The translations under genes and the position numbers were made by a program. The notes below the pieces were generated by a model. The model did no database searches. It saw only the letters and a program-made list of their open reading frames with translations, and was not told where the DNA came from. 64,000 bases of DNA from the human T2T-CHM13v2.0 reference genome, Homo sapiens. Below, piece after piece: positions 12,214 to 23,841 of this stretch (position 1 is the first letter of the stretch; each line of letters starts with the position of its first letter). Location: NCBI RefSeq assembly GCF_009914755.1, contig NC_060926.1; one strand, written 5' to 3'.

Positions 12214-12991
12214 ACTGGAGATATAGATACCCACCTTCCCAAGTCCAGGTAATAGCGGCAGGGGGTGTTCATGTGGAATCCATTAAGTGGTGGAGAGTTC
12301 CACATAACAAGTAGGGACTTGGGTACTTTGGGATCACTATGGTTAGTTAGGAGGTCTGGGGAGTTGGCTGTGAGATTTTCTGGATAGATCAAAAGACGGA
12401 ATGTTGATGACAAATCCAGAAACTTTGCTTGCCCCAGTAGGTACGGAAGACAGGAAGAAGCAGGGAAGAGGATCCTGTAGCATCAAGTAAGGAAGGGACA
12501 GGGTAAACCATGTTGCTCAAAAGGACACCCTGGAGTCCCCAAGCTGCCATAGAGCTTACCCAGCAGTGAAGACACTGAAGAAAAACGTTCAGGTGGCCAC
12601 TTCTCTGCCATTGTGAGAAGCTATCTGTCTAGTCAAGGGTCCAAGACCTCTTTAAACTTACTTGAGCAAGGTAGCTCATTGGGGCTAATGTAAGAAGGTT
12701 AGCTATAGTATTAATGGGGAGTCTTTTTCTCTCAATCACAGGGAACAGTTAGGACATTCTCATTGTCAATGGTCCTTTTGCTTACAGTAGGCATACTGAT
12801 TCTGGCCTAGTGGCCACCAAGTCAGGGGCTCTTGTCTGGGCCTCCCAAATGCCAATCTCATAACACTTTTTTGGGATGGGTAATTCTGAGGTGGCAGGGG
12901 GTTTAATGCAACTGCTAACAATTGTACTTTTTGTCTACTTGTTTTTGTCTTTTTTTCACTTTTTTGCCCTGTATGTATTGTTGTAAACTTT

Positions 12992-13279
<288 letters not shown>

Positions 13280-14027
13280 TTTTATTGTTGTAAACTTTAA
13301 AGGCTGTGTTTAAAAGTTGACCATAGGGGTTTGAGGTCCCATTACTGCTTTTCATAGCTTTCTCCTAATGTTAGGGGCAGATTGTGTAATAAAATGTATA
13401 ACCAAGAGAGCTTGCCCCTCTGGAGAGCCTCGGCCTGCGTTAATATATATCCTGAGTGCTCTAACCAAATGACCCTGAAACAGAGCAAAATTTTTATTTT
13501 TTCCCTCAGTTATTTCTCTAACCTTGTCATAATTGACTGGCTTAATCACACCTTTTTTTCTTCACTCTTTTCTCACAGCACAGCAAGTGGATGACAATAT
13601 TAGTAAGTCATGACAAGTTAAAGAACATGGTCAGCTTAAAGTCCTCCACAAATTTTTCTAGATCCTCTGAAAGCTGACCAAATTTTTCCTTTTATTAAGC
13701 CAAATTAGACAGAGAAAATGGCACATGTACTTAGAGTGTTCCCTCATTCTATCAGCTATCTTCCTCAATGGACACGTGGACGCAGGATTGAATTTAGGGG
13801 CTGATATGGGGTTCCACTTCCAGTGGTACTTGTTGAGCTTACTTTCTCAGACAGAGGTGGGTATAGGGTGGAACTAGTTGAATAAGGAATAGGTGTGCCT
13901 GACAATCTTGAGGTGGGATCCTTCATTAGAAAACTGGTGGGAGACCCCTCAGCATTGGGGATCTGAGAAGACTCTGGGGAAAATGTAGGCCTTCTAGGGG
14001 GAGCAGCTAGGAGGGGATCTCTTAGGC

Positions 14028-14376
14028 CAGGGGTCCCCAACCCCCAGGCTGTGAACTGGTACCAGTCTGTGGCCTGCTAAGAACTGTGCCACACAGCAGG
14101 AGGTGAATGACAGGAGCAGCAGGAAAGCATTATGTGCTGAGCTCTGCCTCCTGTCAGATCAATGACAGCATTAGATTCTCACAGGAGTGCAAACTGTATT
14201 GCAAACTGAGGGTGTGAGGGATCTACATTGTGCGCTCCTTATGAGAATGTAACTAATGCCTGATGATCTGAGGTGGAACAGTTTCATCCTGAAACCATCC
14301 CCTCCCAGCCCCGGTCCATGGAAGAAGTGTCTTCCATGAAACAAGTCCCTGGTGCCAAAAACGTTGGCGACTGCTG
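14028..14376 (+). mobile_element. MER1B-like hAT-Charlie DNA transposon inside gag
   Basis: CAGGGGTCCCCAACCCCC...GGTGCCAAAAACGTTGGCGACTGCTG termini; internal ATCTGAGGTGGAACAGTTTCATCC. Confidence 0.88.
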
Positions 14377-15347
14377 CTTTCCTGTTGCCTGGAAGTAATG
14401 TGAGCCAGTAAAGGACCATAAAAGCCTATATATAAGAGACCTTCTCCATTTTTCTTTTCTTTTCTTCCTTTCTTTCTTTTTTTTTTTTTTTAACCAAGTA
14501 AGTTCAATTGTGAAATATCATTATAACATTTAGAACCATGTTTTGGCTAAATCTGTTGGTTTTCTAAGTTGTATTGAACCCAAATAATGATGCAATAGAA
14601 AATGAATTCCTTTTTCTTTAAGCTGAATTCTAAAAATTTGCTCCAATAGCATAAGAGACGCTTTAGTAGTGAGTTTTCTGAGATGCTTGTCACTGTCCCC
14701 ATGACTAACAGAGGTTTTTCTGGACATAGAAGTTTTTTTAATGTAGCAAGAGGGAGAGCAACTGGGCCCCTGTTATTTTTCCCTTTTGGATTTCCACTTC
14801 CCACAGAAAAGGTCTAAGTATAGGTAGCAAGATGTTAATGATTATAAGGATTATAAATGTTTGCCAGGGAACAAAATACAACCAAAGATGTATTTTTATT
14901 AAACAAAGTATAGAAGGAAGAGTAAATAAAGTGACAATAAAAAAGAATATGCTGTTACAGGAAACAATAACTTTAGGGTGGAAAATAAGAAAGAGCAAGA
15001 CCAGGATTCTCCTAGGGTGGGCTTCCAACCCACAATCCTAGAAGGAATGCCAGTGCCAAAAACCCTAGAGCATCTGGAGGGCAGCCAACAATACCAAATG
15101 GCAACAACCCAAACTATCTGAGTATTAGTCCATGAGGGTACCCGCATCAAATGCCAGAAATCCTGGAGTACCTGGGACTGACCAAAGGCAGAAAACCCAG
15201 GAGCATCTGAGGGACAGCCAACAGTGAACCAGAGAGGTCTGGCTGGGGACACAGAGCAATGTGAATCTGGCATCCCAGAATCAGCACAGCAGGGGACCTC
15301 TCACAACAAATTGTCCTGCCTTAAACAGTTGCCCACGGAGTGAAAGC

Positions 15348-15398
15348 AAAAAATAAAATAAAATATAAAATAAAATAAAATAAAATAAAATAAAATAA
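15348..15398. repeat. (AAAAT)n microsatellite in the proviral leader
   Basis: Directly visible, one interruption. Confidence 0.9.
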
Positions 15399-16128
15399 CT
15401 GTGAACATAACATACATTTTAAGACTAAAAATAAAATGGTTGTTGGTTGTTGGAGCACTAAAACGGAGTCAGAGGACAAAGGACCATGGGAAGGAGTGAC
15501 AAGGACATGTTTTAGGGCACTCAAATAATGAGGGATTTTTAAATGACCACTTAGCCAGAGGCTTTTATTCCCTAGCCTACCCAATATTGTGAGGTTAGGA
15601 GGAAGATGAGACACTCGCCCCATCTGCAAGAGTCAAAATAGTGCTACCCAATCTTCCATGTGGGACTGGGGTGAAGGTCTCTCCAGGTTTTCTCAGCTTG
15701 AGTGAGCGTGGCTGGCATGTGGGGGGCCAGCATGAGGACCAGAGATCTGCAGGCCTGCTGGTAGGAGTGACAGGTCTCATACAAGGTGGCAGCATGATGG
15801 CTGCTTGCCCTTTCACTCAGCTCTGCTGCCCCTAGGAAAGGTGATGGCTCTTCAAAGAGCCTTTGGCTAGTGTTACAGCTCTGTAGTGTTAGCAGCTTCT
15901 CAGCGTTACAGCTCTGCAGCTTTTGATTGTTGTCTCATTGTCTATTGTCAGTTGCTCCCTCTCTCTGTCTCACCATCCCATCGTCTCACCACCTCTTGCT
16001 GTCTCACTGTCCTACCACCTCTGTCTCACTCCAATTGCTGATTGCCACCATCTTTGCTGTCTCGTTGTCTCATCTCTCCACTGATTGCCACGATCTCTGC
16101 TGTCTTGCTGCCTCCACTTGCTGTCTTC

Positions 16129-16146
16129 ATCCCTTTGTGGTTGCTA
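16129..16146 (-). promoter_or_regulatory. Primer-binding site, tRNA-Arg-like
   Basis: Plus strand ATCCCTTTGTGGTTGCTA resembles the tRNA-Arg(TCG) 3' end ATCCCTTCGTGGTTGCCA (recalled, 16/18); lies 2 nt inside the 5' LTR boundary. Confidence 0.7.
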
Positions 16147-16148
16147 GA

Positions 16149-16649
16149 TGATGCAGGGTAGGCAAACCCCAAAATTGAGGCTGGCCTATCCCAGGAGGGT
16201 TCTTGGCTTCACCCAAAAAAGAATGCAAGGGTGAACTCATGGTGTTAAACAGCAACTTTTATTGAAGCAGCCATGTACAGCAGCAGCAGAGGTACTGAAC
16301 CTTGTGGAACAGGGATACTCCATAGGCAGTGTGCCCAGAATAGCAGCTCAGAGGCAGTTCTGCTGTCATATTTATACCCACTTTTAATTACATGCAAATT
16401 AAGGAGCAGATTATGCAGATATTTCTAGATATTTCTAGAAAAAGGGTGGTAACTTTCAGATCATCAGGCCATTACCATGATAAAGGAGCAATAAATTTTG
16501 GGTTTTGCCATGGCAACAGCAAACTGACATGGCATTGGTGGGTGTGTCTTATGAAGAGGCACTTTTGCCTCTTCCCTGTTTCAGTTAGTCTTTAATCTGG
16601 TCCAGTGCCCAAGCCCCGCCTCCAGAGTCCAGCCCTGCCTCCTACCTCT
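16149..16649 (-). mobile_element. 5' LTR (MER66-like)
   Basis: Minus strand begins AGAGGTAGGAGGCAGGGCTGGACTCTGGAGGCGGGGCTTGG; colinear with 9820-10301. Confidence 0.88.
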
Positions 16650-17079
16650 GTAATGAGTAATGATCTCACTGAAAGTTAAATATATGTTCAGAGAAGGGAG
16701 AGACCAGAATTATCATCTGGGAAAAACTCACAGAGGGGTTAACACTTGAGTCTGGCTATAAAGGATGAATAAGGTGTAAAGAAGTAGAGGGAATGTAGGC
16801 TAGGCAATAGACATAGAATAGAATGTATGGGAGCAGTGATTAGACACATCTAGGGCAAAACACTCATTCATTTAATTGTTTTGAGATAATTTATTGAATA
16901 ACTATTAGAAGCCAGGCACTATGCTCACTCTGGGGATAAAATGATTATTTTAAACTGACATGCTCTTACTTTCATGGCAATAGGAGGTGCCATGTTGCAC
17001 GTTCTGTGAAAACATGAGAGGGCTAGAGTCAGATGTGAGAATCAGGATAAAACACAATAAGCAATGAAGCTACTATGGT

Positions 17080-17213
17080 AGCTCACTCACTCACTATCAC
17101 AAGAACAGCACCAACAGAGAAATCCACCCCCATAATCCAATCACCTCCCACCAGGCCCCACCTGCAACACTGGGGATTACAATTCAACATGGACACAGAT
17201 CCAAACTATGTCA
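17080..17213 (-). mobile_element. MST LTR fragment
   Basis: CTCACTATCACAAGAACAGCACC...CAATCACCTCCCACCAGGCCCCACC...CCAAACTATGTCA. Confidence 0.8.
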
Positions 17214-18414
17214 GGATCTATTTTAATGTTCCCCTTAATCCCAATCCTAGAACCATAATCTTTACACTTAAGGCCTTCTACCTTGTCAGCATTCAAACTC
17301 CAAACTCCATAATCCTTGTGGTGGACACTAGCTAAAATGTCTGCTTAGCTTTTGAAGTCATCCAATCAGTGCTTTTTTGCTGTGCTCCTTGTCGTCTTCT
17401 TTGCACACATGTAGCTTTTGTAGCAGACAGATATTTGAGAAGACAGATATTTGAGAAAAGTTTATGTGCAAATTTGTGATTTTTCCCTTTGTTTCTCCCT
17501 TTTCAGGACTTCTTTCTCAATTTCACCCTTTCTGACAGCCCAAATTGCGTTCTCTGATACCTCAAGCCAATAAGACTGTAGATTTGTATATAAATTTTAG
17601 CCATCCCCATTATGTAGACTGGAAAGAGCCTTTATGGAAAAGTGTTATAAATGTAGAACTTATTCTATGCATTTCCTTCCTTTTACTGCTCATATTCCCT
17701 TTAACTTCATTTATGTTTTTAGTGCCTTCAAAAAGTTTTTAAATATTTTTTTCAAAGGCTTATAATTTTTATTTATGTGAGATTTAGTTTCTCCATCACT
17801 ATCGGAATCACAACTTCTTCATCAGTAGCTCTTTTAAGCATACGAATGAGGTCTCTAATGTTAGGAGCAAATTGTTGCTGCTACTCTGACACTTCATGAA
17901 ACTGCCTCTAGATCAATTGACACAGTCGGTCTGTTGCTGAGTTCAGGCCAGATTCTACCATGGATGTTTCCTTTGTGATGTGTTTCTAAAAACCTCTAAC
18001 TTATTCTTCGTCTCCCTCATTAAGCAAGAAGAATGATATCAATATCCAGCTGCTCTGTAGCTCTTTTCTGACCATGTAAATCACAGTCTTCAGTCTTATT
18101 CTAAGTCTTCTTGATCAAGGTCTCAGCCATAAGTAAAGCAGAGTATCCTGCCTTGCATGAAAGCTCATGGTTTTTGCTGCCAGAACTCTCTTCCTACTAC
18201 ATCTTTCTCCCCATATATTTCCTGCAGTGTTTATTTTTAATTGGTTAAATGACTGGTGGGGGTTCATGGTATTTTTATATGTAATAATTGGCCTTCACAG
18301 CTCTTTACGTTTATAACTAGAATGCATTTTTTGAAGCACTTCTGTATTTTATGAAATTTGAGAAATAACATTTTTCATTCTCAAAAAGTTCTTTCATATA
18401 TACTACAGTACTTC

Positions 18415-18562
18415 AGAGACCATGTAGTATATTGGTTATGAGTACAGGAACTAGATTCTATGATTGTATATCTTGCTACTTACTAGTAGTTTAACTTTGG
18501 AAAAATTACTTAATTTCTTCCTATCTCAGTTTGCTCATCTGTAAAACAAGAATGATAATAAG
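18415..18562 (+). mobile_element. MIR, 5' part (resumes at 21153)
   Basis: MIR core TTGGAAAATTACTTAATTTC..TCTCAGTTTGCTCATCTGTAAAA..GATAATAA. Confidence 0.75.
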
Positions 18563-20254
18563 TAGTACCACCATTAGATGCAAGCAGGTAAAGCCCCTGC
18601 CTTGGGTACTGCCTTGTGGAGGGTAGGGAGGAAAAGGGTTCCTTAAAAATTTTTATGTACCCTTCCAGTACCTACAACTGGCCAGGGCTGGCAGTGCTAT
18701 CCAGGCAGGGGACCCCAAATCTAGACCAGGATCCATATAACCCAGAAGCTCCATTTGTCCCCGTAAGAGAGCTCTCAAGCCCTCTACCATGCATATGGGG
18801 TTGACCAGATACAATGCAGAGCTCTAGGAGTTTCACCTATGAGGTCATCTGGGCCTCCATTTCCAGAAGTATGGCCTGGCATGGAGATTGCTTTTGCTGA
18901 CCTGAGCAGTATTTATTTCATGGGATCCCATGATACTGGGTCACCAGTCTCATGGTGTCTCAGGGCAACTCTCACTGACCTCCAACAGAGTACAAGTTAA
19001 GGGCTCTGAACTGTGCATGGTCTATTGCCAACCCTTGGTTTTAAGTTCTGTGTGTGGGCATATTAATTGGCTCTTGCCATTTGGATTCTAGTCATGATGC
19101 CACCTTTGGTCTATAGAACCCAAGGGGGTAGTGCTAGTGGCAGACATTCTTTTATTCTGTGTACCCTCATTGATGGCACTTAGAGCAGTCAGCACATCCT
19201 CTCTACAGTCTTCACTCCATATGTCAGATTCTCCAGGGATGGTCATGACCATCTCATTTTGTAAGGCCATTCCTCCGCAATGCCAGTGGATCCTTCCAAT
19301 CAATGTCCTTTCTTTCCTCCAATCAATGTAGTGGTGTAAATGCACATCTATCAGTCCTAAGTCATTCCAGATGAGGACTGACCATTCCTTGTATTAATAC
19401 AAATGGGACTGCTCTTGTCAGTCTGCGCATAGTCCTCTTCCTTTCCTCAGGTTATGTAGATGGCAGAGCTGCAGTCAACATTGAAAGAGTTCGCAGTCTA
19501 GGAATGCATTGATTACAACCTAAAGATTTCAAGAGGAGATATAGTTGGAAAATGTGTTTTGCACATTTATGCTACAAAACTCTGAGTGTTAAATGAACAT
19601 AACCAGAAAATGAATTATTATTCACATTATTTTTCTGCATATTCTGAGTAAGACTCGTATTTGTAATCATCAACAAATAATGATAAGCTTTTAGAGAGCC
19701 ACTGCAAATAACTATTCTTGGGTAGCACATGGACAATGCATGGTTATAAATGATTATATAATCAGCATTAAATAAATGACATTAGGAAAGTATAGTGGTA
19801 AGAAGGTCTCTATTGTTTTAATACAAATGGTTCCAAAGAGCTATGGTTTTGCAGGCAGAATTCTGAGATGGCCCCCCAAGATTCCTGTTCCACTGAGACT
19901 GTGGAAATGATCTATTTTACTCCTGTGATTAGTTGATATTATGTGGCACGTTTGACTTTAAGAAAGAGAGATTATCTTGAGTGGACCAGATCTCACCAGA
20001 TACGTCCTTAAAAGTCTGAGTTCTTCCTAACAAAAGAAATCTGAAGTATGAGACAGCTTATGGAAAGGAGCGATGTAGCAATAAATGGGTGGCCTCTAGG
20101 AGCTATAAGCAACCCCTGCCTGACAGCCAGCATCGAACTGAAGACCTCAGTCCGGCAGCCACATAAAAATACTATTTTGGAGTGATCCTCATAACAACTT
20201 GAAGGTTCTTGGAAGCAGATTTGTCCCCACAGCCTCCAGAAAGGAATATATTAG

Positions 20255-20604
20255 TGATATGGTTTGGTTGTTTTCCCAGTCAAATCTCATCTTGAATTGT
20301 AGCTCCCATAATTCCCACATGTTGTGGGAGGGACCCGGTGGGAGGTAATAGAATCATGGGGGCAGGTCTTTCCCATGCTGTTCTCATGATAGTGAATAAG
20401 TCTCACAAGATCTGATGGTTTTATAAGGAGGAGTTTCCCTACGCAAGTTCTCTCTTGCCTGCTGCCATGTGTGCCTTTTGCCTTCTGCCATGATTGTGAG
20501 ACCTCCCCAGCCACATGGAACTGTGAGTCCATTAAACCTCCTTTTCTTTATAAATGACCCGGCCTTGGATATGTCTATCAGCAGTGTGAACACGGACTAA
20601 CATA
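20255..20604 (+). mobile_element. THE1B-like solo LTR
   Basis: TGATATGGTTTGG...ACGGACTAACATA; TSD ATTAG (20250-20254, 20605-20609). Confidence 0.9.
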
Positions 20605-20605
20605 A

Positions 20606-20707
20606 TTAGGTCGGTGCAAAAGTAATTGTGGTTTTTGCTATTGAAAGTAGTAGCAAAAACCATTGAAAGTAATGGAAAGAACCGCAATTACTTTTGCACT
20701 AACCTTT
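20606..20707. mobile_element. MADE1 (Hsmar1 MITE) with 22-bp internal duplication
   Basis: TIRs TTAGGTCGGTGCAAAAGTAATTG...CAATTACTTTTGCACTAACCT; ATTGAAAGTA...AAAAACC segment present twice. Confidence 0.9.
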
Positions 20708-21152
20708 TATACCACAGTCAACATCCTGATTGCAGCCTGTGAGACCCAGGCAGGGAACCCAGCTATGCCTTGCCTAGACTTCTGCCCTAGAGAACTGTGA
20801 GCTAATACATGGGTGTTGTTTTAAGCCACTTTGTAGTAATTTTTTATGTAGCTTGGAAAACTAATGCACATCACATTGCCATTTTTTTCCTGTGGTGGGA
20901 GATATTAAGTTGCCAAGAGTAGTACGTTTGATAACAAAGGACATGAAGAGATGATTCCTGGACCTGCCTGAACACTACAAAGAACCCTCACATTGTCCGA
21001 TTGGGCAATAACTATATGTACGTTCCTATTCTCTACTCCTAATTCTAAATCTTCAACTGTATTCTTCACATTCTTCATGAACTTTGTAATACAGCTTTAA
21101 ACCAAATTGGAAATATTTTCCAGGAGCCCCACATACCCTTGGAGAGGCTCTG

Positions 21153-21265
21153 ATAATAATAGTTCTTACTTTGTTGAATTGTTACAAATATTAAATGAGC
21201 TAATACATTTAAAGGGTTTATCACAGTTTTTGACAAATACTAAGCACTCAATTAATGTTAGCCAT
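21153..21265 (+). mobile_element. MIR, 3' part
   Basis: ATTAAATGAGCTAATACATTTAAAG...TAAGCACTCAATTAATGTTAGC. Confidence 0.75.
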
Positions 21266-21291
21266 GTCATTTGATCTTAGAAACTACCTCT

Positions 21292-22040
21292 GGCCATCAG
21301 AGAAATGCAAATCAAAACCACAATGAGATAACATCTCACACCAGTTAGGATGGTGATCATTAAAAAGTCAGGAAACAGCAGGTGCTGGAAAGGATGTAGA
21401 GAAATAGGAACACTTTTACACTGTTGGTGGGACTGTAAACTAGTTCAACCATCGTGGAAGACAGTGTGGTAATTCCTCAAGGATCTAGAACTAGGAATAC
21501 CATTTGACCCAGCCATCCCATTACTGGGTATATACCCAAAGGATTATAAATCATGCTGCTATAAAGACACATGCACATGTATGTTTATTGTGGCACTATT
21601 AACAATAGCAAAGACTTGGAACCAACCCAAATGTCCATCAATGATAGACTGGATTAAGAAAATGTGGCACATATACACCATGGAATACTATGCAGCCATA
21701 AAAAAGGATGAGTTCATGTCCTTTGTAGGGACATGGATGAAGCTGGAAACCATCATTCTCAGCAAACTATCACAAGGACAAAAAACCAAACACTGTATGT
21801 TCTCACTCATAGGTGGGAATTGAACCATGAGAACACTTGGACACAGGAAGGGGAACATCACACACTGGGGCCTGTCGTGGGGTAGGGGAAGGAGGGAGGG
21901 ATAGCATTAGGAGATATACCTAATGTCAATGACGAGTTAATGGATGCAGCACACCAACATAGCACATGTATACATATGTAACAAACCTGCACGTTGTGCG
22001 CATGTACCCTAGAACTTAAAGTATAATGAAAAAAAAAAAA
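21292..22040 (+). mobile_element. 5'-truncated L1PA (about PA4-PA6): ORF2 C-terminus, 3' UTR and poly-A
   Basis: ORF 21581-21823 matches the ORF2p C-terminal region (TWNQPKCPSMIDWIKKMWHIYTMEYYAAIKK); 13-bp TSD AGAAACTACCTCT (21279-21291, 22041-22053). Confidence 0.95.
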
Positions 22041-22344
22041 AGAAACTACCTCTAGATATAGCAATACAGAGATTGTTCTATGCATTTTACAACTGAGGAA
22101 ACTGAGTGTGAAGCAGGTTAAATAACTCATTCAGGGTCACACAGTTACTAAGTGTAAAACTTGGATAGTCACAGGTCTTGTAGATTTACTTTCTACTATT
22201 GATTTTCTGCTTGCAGAGATTCCTCATAGTAGGATGATGTCAAAGTTCTTTATCTTTAACAGACGAATATGCAGAAAGTCATATTTTTAGAGTGGCACAG
22301 TAACTGGAGGCCCATGACGTAGAGTCATAAACCAGTTATCACTT

Positions 22345-22850
<506 letters not shown>

Positions 22851-23791
22851 TAGGAGTGTTCATCCACTAATCTACTTAATTTTGGCCTTCTTTATTCACT
22901 TGGGGTCTCCAAGTGAGTTCAGCTGCGTTCAGATATTTCTCTAGGCTTTCTTAGTGCCTGTTTATATATATTCCACTGTTTTAAAAATAGAATTCCTTTA
23001 TTCTGGTCACTAATAGTATACTTCCAATTTTTTTGAACATTTTCCAGGGAAGGAAAGAGTTGGCTTCACTCATTATTGATTTTTTTTGTATTTAATATAT
23101 TAAAACAAATGCAAAACAATTAAATGTTTACAAGCATTGTTTTATCCAAATCCATATTTAGGGCATCCTAGAGCACAGTGTCTAATAATAAAGTATCGCC
23201 AAATACATGTCTAAATTGACTCGGGAAGAATTACCTTAGAATGAAACTTATCAAATTGGTTTTATTCTTATCCTTTAGTTACTATTGTCAGCTCTCTCTC
23301 TCTGTTCTAGCCTCTTCTCAGCTCTTTCTAATGGACAATCATAGATCCCCAGGATGTTCTGTCTCCCAGTGCCAAGAAGCTGGCAGGAGGACGTTTCACA
23401 CCTCCACCCAGAATCCAAGGGGCGTTAGGCATAGCTGTGTTTGTTCCAGGCCATGGGTGATAGCATCAGATTGTACTCAAGATGTAGCCAGGTGGTTTTC
23501 TGGTTTCCTGACATTGGATGTGTGTGATCATTGTCCAAGAAACCAAGTCCTGATACCGCAGCCAGCTGAGTGGAATGCACTTCCAACATCTATTAGATGA
23601 TGCAGTTTATAAAAGTGGGTGCCGAAGTGTCCCTCCTGTGTACAGCAAAGACCTTCCCTTATATCTCTCTGATAAGGGAAAATGGGCTTGGCTGAACAAA
23701 GGCAAGTGTTCTCAGAGTGCCCTTTAGAGAGGAGACAAGGTTTTCAATGAAAGAGAGATTAATAGGACGTCTCCTCAGCTGCCACATGCAA

Positions 23792-23799
23792 ACACACAC

Positions 23800-23840
<41 letters not shown>
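23792..23840. repeat. (CA)n microsatellite
   Basis: Directly visible, with CATA interruptions. Confidence 0.95.

Positions 23841-23841
<1 letters not shown>

Larger units (their letters stand above)
10440..12480 (-). pseudogene. Disrupted retroviral env (EnvV-like)
   Basis: Minus-strand translation: RSK*|TIGLILAGTGVAIGLVAPWGGFAYHESTLR (furin site/fusion peptide), +1 frameshift, SLDSVANVILNNRLALDYLLATQSGVCAVINKTCCTYINNSG (ISD + CX6CC), and TM helix [34 protein letters not shown]. Confidence 0.9.
19850..20868 (+). mobile_element. MLT1E-like LTR, interrupted
   Basis: GGCAGAATTCTGAGATGGCCCCCCAAGATTCC...AGAACTGTGAGCTAATACATGGGTGTTGTTTTAAGCCACT...AAAACTAATGCA. Confidence 0.8.
18563..21152. mobile_element. 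hAT-Tip100 DNA transposon (Zaphod/MER115-like) splitting the MIR
   Basis: 8-bp TSD ATAATAAG (18555-18562) / ATAATAAT (21153-21160); decayed ends TAGTACCACC... and GGAGCCCCACATACCCTTGGAGAGGCTCTG; the MIR continues in register on the far side. Confidence 0.65.

Noticed and set aside
17425-17457. 16-bp tandem duplication AGACAGATATTTGAGA (similar ones at 37338-37372 and ~52000-52030)
   Set aside because: Ordinary slippage microduplications with no further structure.
19300-19420. Short resemblance to L3/CR1 ORF2 on the minus strand (TGGTCAGTCCTCATCTGGAAT)
   Set aside because: Too short, and it lies inside the TSD-bounded hAT element, which should be younger than L3.
21581-21823. ORF matching L1 ORF2p
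   Set aside because: C-terminal piece of a 5'-truncated L1 with no promoter; not a gene.
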